DNA of 25,230 nt from an uncultured Candidatus Saccharibacteria bacterium. GTDB taxonomy: Bacteria; Patescibacteriota; Minisyncoccia; Phycocordibacterales; Zambryskibacteraceae. Shown here in pieces: positions 24,559 through 25,230 of the stretch. The translations under genes and the position numbers were made by a program. The stretch is from positions 1 through 25,230 of the forward strand of contig CAYOPK010000001.1 in NCBI GenBank assembly GCA_964405855.1, read 5' to 3'. The notes beneath the pieces are model-generated. The model was not told the origin of the DNA and did no database searches. It saw only the letters and a program-made list of their open reading frames with translations. Numbering within the stretch: position 1 is the first letter of the stretch; every line of letters starts with the position of its first letter.

Positions 24559-25230
24559 TTACTCCTCTCGAACTTCGATCGCTTCGATGACCTCGAAGGC
24601 TCTGCGCTTCAGTCTCTCGATTCTCTCTTCTCGATTTTCTTCGACTGGATCAACCGCCTCCAGCGGTTCGACCGACTCAGCAGGTTCGCCGAGAGAGCTC
24701 ACAAGAGAAGAAGTTGAGACTTCCGACTTGAAGCCGAATCTCTCTCGGAATTCTTGTTTGCGCTTTTCTACCTGCTTTTCTATTTCTGCTTCAGCTTCGG
24801 CTAGCGTCGCGGATCTAGACTTAGCATACTCCCTCACTGCTGAGACGAAGGCGCGCGAACTCTGCTCCACACGACGCTCCAGATCCTCGATACGCGCATC
24901 ATCCAACTCATCTCTCTCGAGCAAGGCTTCCGCTTCTTGAATACGCCTCTCCACTTTCTCTTCTTCCCAAACCACCCTCTTTTCTACAGAGCTGTTAAAT
25001 TGATCCAAAATTGGTTCAACCAATCCTACTTTCATGTGATAAAGCGTCTCACCCGGCAGAGACTCGTCGGAAGCATAAACCAGTCCACCGAAAGAGACGG
25101 CCACGACAAGCACCAGCGCTGTCACCACCCTCATGCGTGCGAACTGAGAAGTGGAGAAAGAAAATCTGGAAACCTGTACATAAGGAGACTCGGTGGTTTC
25201 TAAAACGTTTTTCAGAACGCGCGCTTTTTC
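24559..25230 (-). CDS. DUF5667-like membrane-anchored coiled-coil protein, 5' end outside the window
   Basis: TM helix then ASDESLPGETLYHMK, followed by Glu/Arg-rich helices. The frame stays open for 32 codons upstream of the track's ATG (EKARVLKNVLETTESPY...) up to the window edge. Confidence 0.65.
   Translation of the reverse strand, partial: EKARVLKNVLETTESPYVQVSRFSFSTSQFARMRVVTALVLVVAVSFGGLVYASDESLPGETLYHMKVGLVEPILDQFNSSVEKRVVWEEEKVERRIQEAEALLERDELDDARIEDLERRVEQSSRAFVSAVREYAKSRSATLAEAEAEIEKQVEKRKQEFRERFGFKSEVSTSSLVSSLGEPAESVEPLEAVDPVEENREERIERLKRRAFEVIEAIEVREE

Noticed and set aside
25150-25170. GAAAATCTGG resembling one arm of the mnmA palindrome (also GAAAATCTG in dnaK near 2817)
   Set aside because: Single arm with no complementary partner. 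The dnaK instance encodes the conserved QIFS.
1-25230. tRNA, rRNA, CRISPR array, transposase/integrase, or stop-codon reassignment
   Set aside because: No cloverleaf, rRNA or regularly spaced repeat pattern was seen. TGA ends mnmA at its expected C-terminus, consistent with genetic code 11.

Overview
Core-genome segment of a reduced-genome bacterium, most consistent with Patescibacteria/Parcubacteria (CPR). This placement is inferred from gene content, shortened proteins and the scarcity of Shine-Dalgarno sites. Almost everything is on the minus strand. In transcription order (right to left): partial DUF5667-like gene, shortened ychF, membrane protein, shortened leuS, sigma70-region-4/winged-helix protein, conserved hypothetical, mltG, mnmA, ATP-cone/PD-(D/E)XK nuclease, family-4 UDG, 67-aa orphan, pepF-like peptidase, truncated alaS, membrane-anchored baseplate-J-like protein, infA-rpmJ-rpsM-rpsK-rpsD-rpoA-rplQ-rplM-rpsI, grpE-dnaK-dnaJ and a partial ABC exporter. 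Two plus-strand genes (a ~69-aa membrane protein and a GC-rich secreted amidase) and the 67-aa orphan each form a standalone promoter-SD-gene-hairpin unit. The most striking signals are: (1) an 86-nt DNA palindrome translated in frame inside mnmA, with a mini-hairpin insertion in infA; (2) a grpE 5' leader with two mutually exclusive folds, one burying the start codon (RNA-thermometer/switch candidate); (3) a recurring -10 box 6-7 nt before ATG, implying leaderless transcripts; (4) repeated internal domain or cofactor loss in housekeeping enzymes. No tRNA, rRNA, CRISPR array, integrase or transposase was seen.
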